DNA from: the human T2T-CHM13v2.0 reference genome, Homo sapiens
Assembly: GCF_009914755.1 (NCBI RefSeq)
Contig: NC_060926.1
DNA length: 64,000 nt
Direction: 5' to 3' (one strand)
Position 1 is the stretch's first letter; every line of letters starts with the position of its first letter. A program made the position numbers and the translations under genes. Shown piece after piece: positions 1-11,291 of the stretch. The notes beneath the pieces were generated by a model, which ran no database searches, was not told the DNA's origin, and worked only from the letters and a program-made list of their open reading frames with translations.

Positions 1-78
1 GAAACTTTTTCATGATGTATCTACTCAGCTAACAGAGTTGAACCTTTCTTTTGAGAGAACAGTTTTGAAACACTCTTT

Positions 79-1270
79 TTGTGGAGTCTGCAAGTGGATA
101 TTTGTCTAGCTTTGAGGATTTCGTTGGAATCGGGATTACATATAAAAAGCAGACAGCAGCATTCCCAGAAACTTCTTTGTGATATTTGCATTCAAGTCAC
201 AGACTTGAACATTCCCTTTCATAGAGCAGGTTTGAAACACTCTTTTTGTAGTATCTGGATGTGGACATTTGGAGCGCTTTCAGGCCTATGGTGAAAAAGG
301 AAATATCTTCCCCTGCAAACTAGACAGAAGCATTCTCAGAAACTTATTTGTGATGTGCGCCCTCAACTAACAATGTTGAACCTTTCTGTTGATAGAGTAG
401 TTTTGAAACACTCTTTTCGTAAAATCTGCAAGAGGATATTTGGATAGCTTTGAGGATTTCGTTGGAAACGGGATTGTCTTCATATTAACCCTAGACAGTA
501 GCATTCTCAGAAGGTTCTTTGGGATGTTTCAATTGAAGTCACAGTGTTGAACAGTCACTTTCATAGAGCAGGTTTGAAACACTCTTTTTGTAAAATCCGC
601 AAGAGGATATTTGGATAGCTTTGAGGATTTCGTTGGAAACGGGATTGTCTTCATATAGAATCTAGACAGAATCATTCTCAGAAGCTTCATTGGGATGTTT
701 CAATTGAAGTCACAGTGTTGAACAGTCCCTTTCATAGAGCAGATTTGAAACACTCTTTTTGTAGTATCTGGATGTGGACATTTGGAGCGCTTTCAGGCCT
801 ATGGTGAAAAAGGAAATATCTTCCCCTGAAAACTAGACAGAAGCATTCTCAGAATCTTATTTGTGATGTGCGCCCTCAACTAACAGTGTTGAAGCTTTCT
901 TTTGATAGAGCAGTTTTGAAACACTCTTTTTGTAAAATCTGCAAGAGGATATTTGGATAGCTTTGAGGATTTCGTTGAAAACGGGATTGTCTTCATATAA
1001 ACTCTAGACAGAAGCATTCTCAGAAGCTTCATTGGGATGTTTCAATTAAAGTCACAGTGTTGAACAGTCCCTTTCATAGAGCAGGTTTGAAACACTCTTT
1101 TTGTAGTATCTGGAAGTGGACATTTGGAGCGCTCTCAGGACTGCGGTGAAAAAGGAAATATCTTCCAATAAAAGCTAGATAGAAGCAATGTCAGAAACTT
1201 TTTCATGATGTATCTACTCAGCTAACAGAGTTGAACCTTCATTTGAGAGAGCAGTTTTGAAACACTCGTT
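79..1270 (+). repeat. 7-mer variant HOR containing an m4/m3 hybrid and an m4/m2 hybrid monomer
   Basis: ORF spacing 79 to 1271 is 1192 bp. An m4 start switches to an m3 end at ~592, and another m4 start switches to an m2 end at ~772. Confidence 0.85.
457..473 (+). promoter_or_regulatory. CENP-B box (representative; recurs in m1 and m3 of most HORs)
   Basis: tttcgttggaaacggga fits NTTCGNNNNANNCGGGN. Confidence 0.95.
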
Positions 1271-4200
1271 TTGTGGAATCTGCAAGTGGATATTTGTCTA
1301 GCTTTGAGGATTTCGTTGGAAACGGGATTACATATAAAAAGCAGACAGCAGCATTCCCAGAAACTTCTTTGTGATGTTTGCATTCAAGTCACAGAGTTGA
1401 ACATTCCCTTTCATAGAGCAGGTTTGAAACACTCTTTTTGTAGTATCTGGATGTGGACATTTGCAGCGCTTTCAGGCCTAAGGTGAAAAAGGAAATATCT
1501 TCCCCTGAAAACTAGACAGAAGCATTCTCAGAAACTTATTTGTGATGTGCGCCCTCAACTAACAGTGTTGAAGCTTTCTTTTGATAGAGCAGTTTTGAAA
1601 CACTCTTTTTGTAATATCTGCAAGAGGATATTTGGATAGCTTTGAGGATTTCGTTGGAAACGGGATTGTCTTCATATAAACTCTAGACAGAAGCATTCTC
1701 AGAAGCTTCATTGGGATGTTTCAATTGAAGTCACAGTGTTGAACAGTTCCTTTCATAGAACAGGTTTGAAACACTCTTTTTGTAGTATCTGGAAGTGGAC
1801 ATTTGGAGCGCTCTCAGGACTAAGGTGAAAAAGGAAATATCTTCCAATAAAAGCTACATAGAAGCAATGTCAGAAACTTTTTCATGATGTATCTACTCAG
1901 CTAACAGAGTTGAACCTTTCCTTTGAGAGAGCAGTTTTGAAACACTCTTTTTGTGGAATCTGCAAGTGGATATTTGTCTAGCTTTGGGGATTTCGTTGGA
2001 AACGGGATTACATATAAAAAGCAGACAGCAGCATTCCCAGTAACTTCTTTGTGATGTTTGCATTCAAGTCAGAGAGTTGAACATTCCCTTTCATAGAGCA
2101 GGTTTGAAAGACTCTTTTTGAAGTATCTGGATGTGGACATTTGGAGCGCTTTCAGGCCTATGGTGAAAAAGGAAATATCTTCCCCTGAAAACTAGACAGA
2201 AGCATTCTCAGAAACTTATTTGTAATGTGCGCCCTCAACTAACAGTGTTGAACCTTTCTTTTGATAGAGCAGTTTTGAAACACTCTTTTTGTAATATCTG
2301 CAAGAGGATATTTGGATAGCTTTGAGGATTTCTTTGGAAACGGGACTGTCTTCATATAAACTCTAGACAGAAGCATTCTCCGAAGCTTCATTGGGATGTT
2401 TCAATTGAAGTCACAGTGTTGAACAGTCCCTTTCATAGAGCAGGTTTGAAACACTCTTTTTGTAGTATCTGGAAGTGGACATTTGGAGCGCTCTCAGGAC
2501 TACGGTGATAAAGGAAATATCTTCCAATAAAAGCTAGATAGAAGCAATGTCAGAAACTTTTTCATGATGTATCTACTCGGCTAACAGAGTTGAACCTTTC
2601 TTTTGAGAGAGCAGTTTTGAAACACTCTTTTTGTGGAATCTGCAAGTGGATATTTGTCTAGCTTTGAGGATTTCGTTGGAAACGGGATTACATATAAAAA
2701 GCAGACAGCAGCATTCCCAGAATCTTCTTTGTGATGTTTGCATTCAAGTCACAGAGTTGAACATTCCCTTTCATAGTGCAGGTTTGAAACACTCTTTTTG
2801 TAGTATCTGGATGTGGACATTTGGAGCGCTTTCAGGCCTATGGTGAAAAAGGAAATATCTTCCCCTGAAAACTAGACAGAAGCATTCTCAGAATCTTATT
2901 TGTGATGTGCGCCCTCAACTAACAGTGTTGAAGCTTTCTTTTGATAGAGCAGTTTTGAAACACTCTTTTTGTAAAATCTGCAAGAGGATATTTGGATAGC
3001 TTTGAGGATTTCGTTGGAAACGGGATTGTCTTCATATAAACTCTAGACAGAAGCATTCTCAGAAGCTTCATTGGGATGTTTCAATTAAAGTCACAGTGTT
3101 GAACAGTCCCTTTCATAGAGCAGGTTTGAAACACTCTTTTTGTAGTATCTGGAAGTGGACATTTGGAGCGCTCTCAGGACTGCGGTGAAAAAGGAAATAT
3201 CTTCCAATAAAAGCTAGATAGAAGCAATGTCAGAAACTTTTTCATGATGTATCTACTCAGCTAACAGAGTTGAACCTTCATTTGAGAGAGCAGTTTTGAA
3301 ACACTCGTTTTGTGGAATCTGCAAGTGGATATTTGTCTAGCTTTGAGGATTTCGTTGGAAACGGGATTACATATAAAAAGCAGACAGCAGCATTCCCAGA
3401 AACTTCTTTGTGATGTTTGCATTCAAGTCACAGAGTTGAACATTCCCTTTCATAGAGCAGGTTTGAAACACTCTTTTTGTAGTATCTGGATGTGGACATT
3501 TGCAGCGCTTTCAGGCCTAAGGTGAAAAAGGAAATATCTTCCCCTGAAAACTAGACAGAAGCATTCTCAGAAACTTATTTGTGATGTGCGCCCTCAACTA
3601 ACAGTGTTGAAGCTTTCTTTTGATAGAGCAGTTTTGAAACACTCTTTTTGTAATATCTGCAAGAGGATATTTGGATAGCTTTGAGGATTTCGTTGGAAAC
3701 GGGATTGTCTTCATATAAACTCTAGACAGAAGCATTCTCAGAAGCTTCATTGGGATGTTTCAATTGAAGTCACAGTGTTGAACAGTTCCTTTCATAGAAC
3801 AGGTTTGAAACACTCTTTTTGTAGTATCTGGAAGTGGACATTTGGAGCGCTCTCATGACTAAGGTGAAAAAGGAAATATCTTCCAATAAAAGCTACATAG
3901 AAGCAATGTCAGAAACTTTTTCATGATGTATCTACTCAGCTAACAGAGTTGAACCTTTCCTTTGAGAGAGCAGTTTTGAAACACTCTTTTTGTGGAATCT
4001 GCAAGTGGATATTTGTGTAGCTCTGAGGATTTCGTTGGAAACGGGATTACATATAAAAAGCAGACTGCAGCATGCCCAGAAACTTCTTTGTGATGTTTGC
4101 ATTCAAGTCACAGAGTTGAACATTCCCTTTCATAGAGCAGGTTTGAAACACTCTTTTTGTAGTATCTGGATGTGGACATGTGGAGCGCTTTCAGGCCTAT

Positions 4201-6705
4201 GGTGAAAAAGGAAATATCTTCCCCTGAAAACTAGACAGAAGCATTCTCAGAATCTTATTTGTGATGTGCGCCCTCAACTAACAGTGTTGAAGCTTTCTTT
4301 TGATAGAGCAGTTTTGAAACACTCTTTTTGTAAAATCTGCAAGAGGATATTTGGATAGCTTTGAGGATTTCGTTGGAAACGGGATTGTCTTCATATAAAC
4401 TCTAGACAGAAGCATTCTCAGAAGCTTCATTGAGATGTTTCAATTGAAGTCACAGTGTTGAACAGTCCCTTTCATAGAGCAGGTTTGAAACACTCTTTTT
4501 GTAGTATCTGGAAGTGGACATTTGGAGCGCTCTCAGGACTGCGGTGAAAAAGGAAATATCTTCCAATAAAAGCTAGATAGAAGCAATGTCAGAAACTTTT
4601 TCATGATGTATCTACTCAGCTAACAGAGTTGAACCTTCCTTTGAGAGAGCAGTTTTGAAACACTCTTTTTGTGGAATCTGCAAGTGGATATTTGTCTAGC
4701 TTTGAGGATTTCGTTGGAAACGGGATTACATATAAAAAGCAGACAGCAGCATTCCCAGTAACTTCTTTGTGGTGTTTGCATTCAAGTCACAGAGTTGAAC
4801 ATTCCCTTTCATAGAGCAGGTTTGAAACACTCTTTTTGTAGTATCTGGATGTGGACATTTGCAGCGCTTTCAGGCCTATGGTGAAAAAGGAAATATCTTC
4901 CCCTGAAAACTAGACAGAAGCATTCTCAGAATCTTATTTGTGATGTGCGCCCTCAACTAACAGTGTTGAAGCTTTCTTTTGATAGAGCAGTTTTGAAACA
5001 CTCTTTTTGTAAAATCTGCAAGAGGATATTTGGATAGCTTTGAGGATTTCGTTGGAAACGGGATTGTCTTCATATAAACTCTAGACAGAAGCATTCTCAG
5101 AAGCATCATGGGGATGTTTCAATTGAAGTCACAATGTTGAACAGTCCCTTTCATAGAGCAGGATTGAAACACTCTTTTTGTAGTATCTGGATGTGGACAT
5201 TTGAGCGCTTTCAGGCCTATGGTTTAAAAGGAAATATCTTCCCCTGAAAACTAGACAGAAGCATTCTCAGAAACTTATTTGTGATGTGCGCCCTCAACTA
5301 ACAGTGTTGAAGCATTCTTTTGATAGAGCAGTTTTGAAAGACTCTTTTTGTGGAATCTGCAAGTGGATATTTGTCTAGCTTTGAGGATTTCGTTGGAAAC
5401 GGGATTACATATAAAAAGCAGACAGCAGCATTCCCAGAAACTTCTTTGTGATGTTTGCATTCAAGTCACAGAGTTGAACATTCCCTTTTATAGAGCAGGT
5501 TTGAAACACTCTTTTTGTAGTATCTGGATGTGGACATTTGGAGCGCTTTCAGGCCTATGGTGAAAAAGGAAATATCTTCCCCTGAAAACTAGACAGAAGC
5601 ATTCTCAGAAACTTATTTGTGATGTGCGCCCTCAACTAACAGTGTTGAACCTTTCTTTTGATAGAGCAGATTTGAAACACACTTTTTGTAATATCTGCAA
5701 GAGGATATTTGGACAGCTTTGAGGATTTCTTTGGAAACGGGATTGTCTTCATATAAACTCTAGACAGAAGCATTCTCAGAAGCTTCATTGGGATGTTTCA
5801 ATTGAAGTCACAGTGTTGAACAGTCCCTTTCATAGAGCAGGTTTGAAACACTCTTTTTGTAGTATCTGGAAGTGGACATTTGTAGAGATCTCAGGAATAC
5901 GGTGATAAAGGAAATATCTTCCAATAAAAGCTAGATAGAAGCAATGTCAGAAACTTTTTCATGATGTATCTACTCAGCTAACAAAGTTGAACCTTCATTT
6001 GAGAGAGCAGTTTTGAAACACTCGTTTTGTGGAATCTGCAAGTGGATATTTGTCTAGCTTTGAGGATTTCGTTGGAAACGGGATTACATATAAAAAGCAG
6101 ACAGCAGCATTCCCAGAAACTTCTTTGTGATGTTTGCATTCAAGTCACAGAGTTGAACATTCCCTTTCATAGAGCAGGTTTGAAACACTCTTTTTGTAGT
6201 ATCTGGATGTGGACATTTGGAGCGCTTTCAGGCCTATGGTGAAAAAGGAAATATCTTCCCCTGAAAACTAGACAGAAGCATTCTCAGAAACTTATTTGTG
6301 ATGTGCACCCTCAACTAACAGTGTTGAAGCTTTCTTTTGACAGAGCAGTTTGAAACACTCTTTTTGTAAAATCTGCAAGAGGATATTTGGATTGCTTTGA
6401 GGATTTCGGTGGAAATGGGATTGTCTTCATATAAACTCTAGACAGTAGCATTCTCAGAAGCTTCATTGGGATGTTTCAATTGAAGTCACAGTGTTGAACA
6501 GTCCCTTTCATAGAGCAGGTTTGAAACACTCTTTTTTTAGTATCTGGAAGTGGACATTTGGAGCGCTCTCAGGACTACGGTGAAAAAGGAAATATCTTCC
6601 AATAAAAGCTAGATAGAAGCAATGTCAGAAACTTTTTCATGATGTATCTACTCAGCTAACAGAGTTGAACCTTTTTTTTGAGAGAGCAGTTTTGAAACAC
6701 TCTTT

Positions 6706-7555
6706 TTGTTCGATCTGCAGGTGGATATTTGTCTAGGTTTGAGGATTTCGTTGGAAACGGGATTACATATAAAAGCAGACAGCAGCATTCCCAGAAACTT
6801 CTTTGTGATGTTTGCATTCAAGTCACAGAGTTGAACATTCCCTTTCATAGAGCAGGTTTGAAACACTCTTTTTGTAGTATCTGGATGTGGACATTTGGAG
6901 CGCTCTCAGGCCTATGGTGAAAAAGGAAATATCTTCCCCTGCAAACTAGACAGAAGCATTCTCAGAAACTTATTTGTGATGTGCGCCCTCAACTAACAAT
7001 GTTGAACCTTTCTGTTGATAGAGTAGTTTTGAAACACTCTTTTCGTAAAATCTGCAAGAGGATATTTGGATAGCTTTGAGGATTTCGTTGGAAACGGGAT
7101 TGTCTTCATATTAACCCTAGACAGCAGCATTCTCAGAATGTTCTTTGGGATGTTTCAATTGAAGTCACAGTGTTGAACAGTCACTTTCATAGAGCAGGTT
7201 TGAAACACTCTTTTTGTAAAATCCGCAAGAGGATATTTGGATAGATTTGAGGATTTCGTTGGAAACGGGATTGTCTTCATATAGAATCTAGACAGAATCA
7301 TTCTCAGAAGCTTCATTGGGATGTTTCAATTGAAGTCACAGTGTTGAACAGTCCCTTTCATAGAGCAGATTTGAAACACTCTTTTTGTAGTATCTGGAAG
7401 TGGACATTTGGAGCGTTCTCAGCACTACAGTGAAAAAGGAAATATCTTCCAATAAAAGCTAGATAGAAGCAATGTCAGAAAATTTTTCATGATGTATCTA
7501 CTCACCTAACAGGGTTGAACCTTTCTTTTGAGAGAGCAGTTTTGAAACACTCCTT
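6706..7555 (+). repeat. 5-mer variant HOR with an m4/m3 hybrid monomer
   Basis: Unit length ~850 bp; switch at ~7218 ('actctttttgta|aaatccgcaag'); CENP-B boxes at 7083-7099 and 7254-7270 are only 171 bp apart. Confidence 0.85.
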
Positions 7556-10500
7556 TTGTGGAATCTGCAAGTGGATATTTGTCTAGCTTTGAGGATTGCG
7601 TTGGAAACGGGATTACATATAAAAAGCAGACAGCAGCATTCCCAGAAACTTCTTTGTGATATTTGCATTCAAGTCACAGACTTGAACATTCCCTTCCATA
7701 GAGCGGGTTTGAAACACTCTTTTTGTAGTATCTGGATGTGGACATTTGGAGCGCTTTCAGGCCTATGGTGAAAAAGGAAATATCTTCCCCTGAAAACTAG
7801 ACAGAAGCATTCTCAGAAACTTATTTGTGATGTGCGCCCTCAACTAACAGTGTTGAACTTTTCTTTTGATAGAGCAGATTTGAAACACTCTTTTTGTAAT
7901 ATCTGCAAGAGGATATTTCGATAGCTTTGAGGATTTCTTTGGAAACGGGATTGTCTTCATATAAACTCTAGACAGAAGCATTCTCAGAAGCTTCATTGGG
8001 ATGTTTCAATTGAAGTCACAGTGTTGAACAGTCCCTTTCATAGAGCAGGTTTGAAACACTCTTTTTGTAGTATCTGGAAGTGGACATTTGTAGAGATCTC
8101 AGGAATACGGTGATAAAGGAAATATCTTCCAATAAAAGCTAGATAGAAGCAATGTCAGAAACTTTTTCATGATGTATCTACTCAGCTAACAAAGTTGAAC
8201 CTTCATTTGAGAGAGCAGTTTTGAAACACTCGTTTTGTGGAATCTGCAAGTGGATATTTGTCTAGCTTTGAGGATTTCGTTGGAAACGGGATTACATATA
8301 AAAAGCAGACAGCAGCATTCCCAGAAACTTCTTTGTGATGTTTGCATTCAAGTCACAGAGTTGAACATTCCCTTTCATAGAGCAGGTTTGAAACACTCTT
8401 TTTGTAGTATCTGGATGTGGACATTTGGAGCGCTTTCAGGCCTATGGTGAAAAAGGAAATATCTTCCCCTGTAAACTAGACAGAAGCATTCTCAGAAACT
8501 TATTTGTGATGTGCGCCCTCAACTAAAAGTGTTGAACCTTTCTTTTGATAGAGCAGTTTTGAAACACTCTTTTGTAAAATCTGCAAGAGGATATTTGGAT
8601 AGCTTTGAGGATTTCGTTGGAAACGGGATTGTCTTCATATAGAATCTAGACAGAAGCATTCTCAGAAGCTTCATTGGGATGTTTCAATTGAAGTCACAGT
8701 GTTGAACAGTCCCTTTCATAGAGCAGGTTTGAAACACTCTTTTTGTAGTATCTGGAAGTGGACATTTGGAGCGTTCTCAGGACTAGAGTGAAAAAGGAAA
8801 TATCTTCCAATAAAAGCTAGATAGAAGCAATGTCAGAAAATTTTTCATGATGTATCTACTCAGCTAACAGAGTAGAAACTTTCTTTTGAGAGAGCAGTTT
8901 TGAAACACTCTTTTTGTGGAATCTGCAAGTGGATATTTGTCTAGCTTTGAGGATTGCGTTGGAAACGGGATTACATATAAAAAGCAGACAGCAGCATTCC
9001 CAGAAACTTCTGTGTGATATTTGCATTCAAGTCACAGACTTGAACATTCCCTTTCATAGAGCAGGTTTGAAACACTCTTTTTGTAGTATCTGTATGTGGA
9101 CATTTGGAGCGCTTTCAGGCCTATGGTGAAAAAGGAAATATCTTCCCCTGAAAACTAGACAGAAGCATTCTCAGAAACTTATTTGTGATGTGCGCCCTCA
9201 ACTAACAGTGTTGAACATTTCTTTTGATAGAGCAGTTTTGAAACACTCTTTTTGTAAAATCTGCAAGAGGATATTTGGATAGCTTTGAGGATTTCGTTGG
9301 AAACGGGATTGTCTTCATATAAAATCTAGACAGAAGCATTCTCAGAAGCTTCATTGGGATGTTTCAATTGAAGTCACAGTGTTGAACAGTCCCTTTCATA
9401 GAGCTGGTTTGAAACACCCTTTTTGTAGTATCTGGAAGTGGACATTTGGAGCGTTCTCAGGACTACGGTGAAAAAGGAAATATCTTCCAATAAAAGCTAG
9501 ATAGAAGCAATGTCAGAAAATTTTTCATGATGTATCTACTCAGCTAACAGAGTTGAACCTTTCTTTTGACAGAGCCGTTTTGAAACACTCTTTTTTTGGA
9601 ATCTGCAAGTGGATATTTGTCTAGCTTTGAGGATTTCGTTGGAAACGGGATTACATATAAAAAGCAGACAGCAGCATTCCCAGAAACTTCTTTGTGATGT
9701 TTGCATTCAAGTCACAGAGTTGAACATTCCGTTTCATAGAGCAGGTTTGAAACACTCTTTTTGTAGTATCTGGATTTGGACATTTGGAGCGCTTTCAGGC
9801 CTATGGTGAAAAAGGAAATATCTTCCACTGAAAACTAGACAGAAGTATTCTCAGAAACATATTTGTGATGTGTGCCCTCAACTAACAGTGTTGAAGCTTT
9901 CTTTTGATAGAGCAGTTTTGAAACATTCTTTTTGTAAAATCTGCAAGAGGATATTTGGATAGCTTTGAGGATTTCGTTGGAAACGGGATTGTCTTCATAT
10001 TAACCCTAGACAGTAGCATTCTCAGAAGCTTCATTGGGATATTTCAATTGAAGCCACAGTGTTGAACAGTCCCTTTCATAGAGCAGGTTTGAAACACTCT
10101 TTTTGTAGCATCTGGAAGTGGACATTTGGAGCGTTCTCAGGACTACGGTGCAAAAGGAAATATCTTCCAATAAAAGCTAGATAGAAGCAATATCAGAAAA
10201 TTTTTCATGATGTATCTACTCAGCTAAAAGAGTTGAACCTTTCTTTTGAGAGAGCAGTTTTGAAACACTATTTTTGTGGAATCTGCAAGTGGATATTTGT
10301 CTAGTTTTGAGGATCGCGTTGGAAACGGGATTACATATAAAAAGCAGACAGCAGCATTCCCAGAAATTTCTTTGTGAAATTTGCATTCAAGTCACAGACT
10401 TGAACATTCCCTTTCATAGAGCAGGTTTGAAACACTCTTTTTGTAGTATCTGGATGTGGACATTTGGAGCGCTTTCAGGCCTATGGTGAAAAAGGAAATA

Positions 10501-10953
10501 TCTTCCCCTGAAAACTAGACAGAAGCATTCTCAGAAACTTATTTGTGATGTGCGCCCTCAACTAACGGTGTTGAACCTTTCTTTTGAAAGAGCAGTTTTG
10601 AAACACTCTTTTTGTAAAATCTGCAATAGGATATTTGGATAGCTTTGAGGATTTCGTTGGAAACGGGATTGTCTTCATATAGAATCTAGACAGAAGCATT
10701 CTCAGAAGCTTCATTGGGATGTTTCAATTGAAGTCACAGTGTTGAACAGTCCCTTTCATAGAGCAGGTTTGAAACACTCTTTTTGTAGTATCTGGAGGTG
10801 GACATTTGGAGCGTTCTCAGGACTACAGTGGAAAAGGAAATATCTTCCAGTAAAAGCTAGATAGAAGCAATGTCAGAAAATTTTTCATGATGTATCTACT
10901 CAGCTAACACAGTTGAACCTTTCTTTTGAGAGAGCAGTTTTGAAACACTCTTT

Positions 10954-11291
10954 TTGTGGAATCTGCAAGTGGATATTTGTCTAGGTTTGAGGATTGCGTT
11001 TGAAACGGGATTACATATAAAAAGCAGACAGCAGCATTCCCAGAAACTTCTTTGTGATGTTTGCATTCAAGTCACAGAGTTGAACATTCCCTTTCATAGA
11101 GCAGGTTTGAAACACTCTTTTTGTAGTATCTGGAAGTGGACATTTGGAGCGCTCTCAGGACTACGGTGAAAAAGGAAATATCTTCCAATAAAAGCTAGAT
11201 AGAAGCAAAGTCAGAAACTTTTTAATGATCTATCTACTCAGCTAACAGAGTTGAACCTTTCTTTTGAGAGACCAGTTTTGAAACACTCTTT
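10954..11291 (+). repeat. 2-mer variant HOR (m2/m4 hybrid, 342 bp lost)
   Basis: 338-bp unit; an m2 start continues into an m4 end ('tggaagtggacatttggagcgctctcaggactacgg'). Confidence 0.85.
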
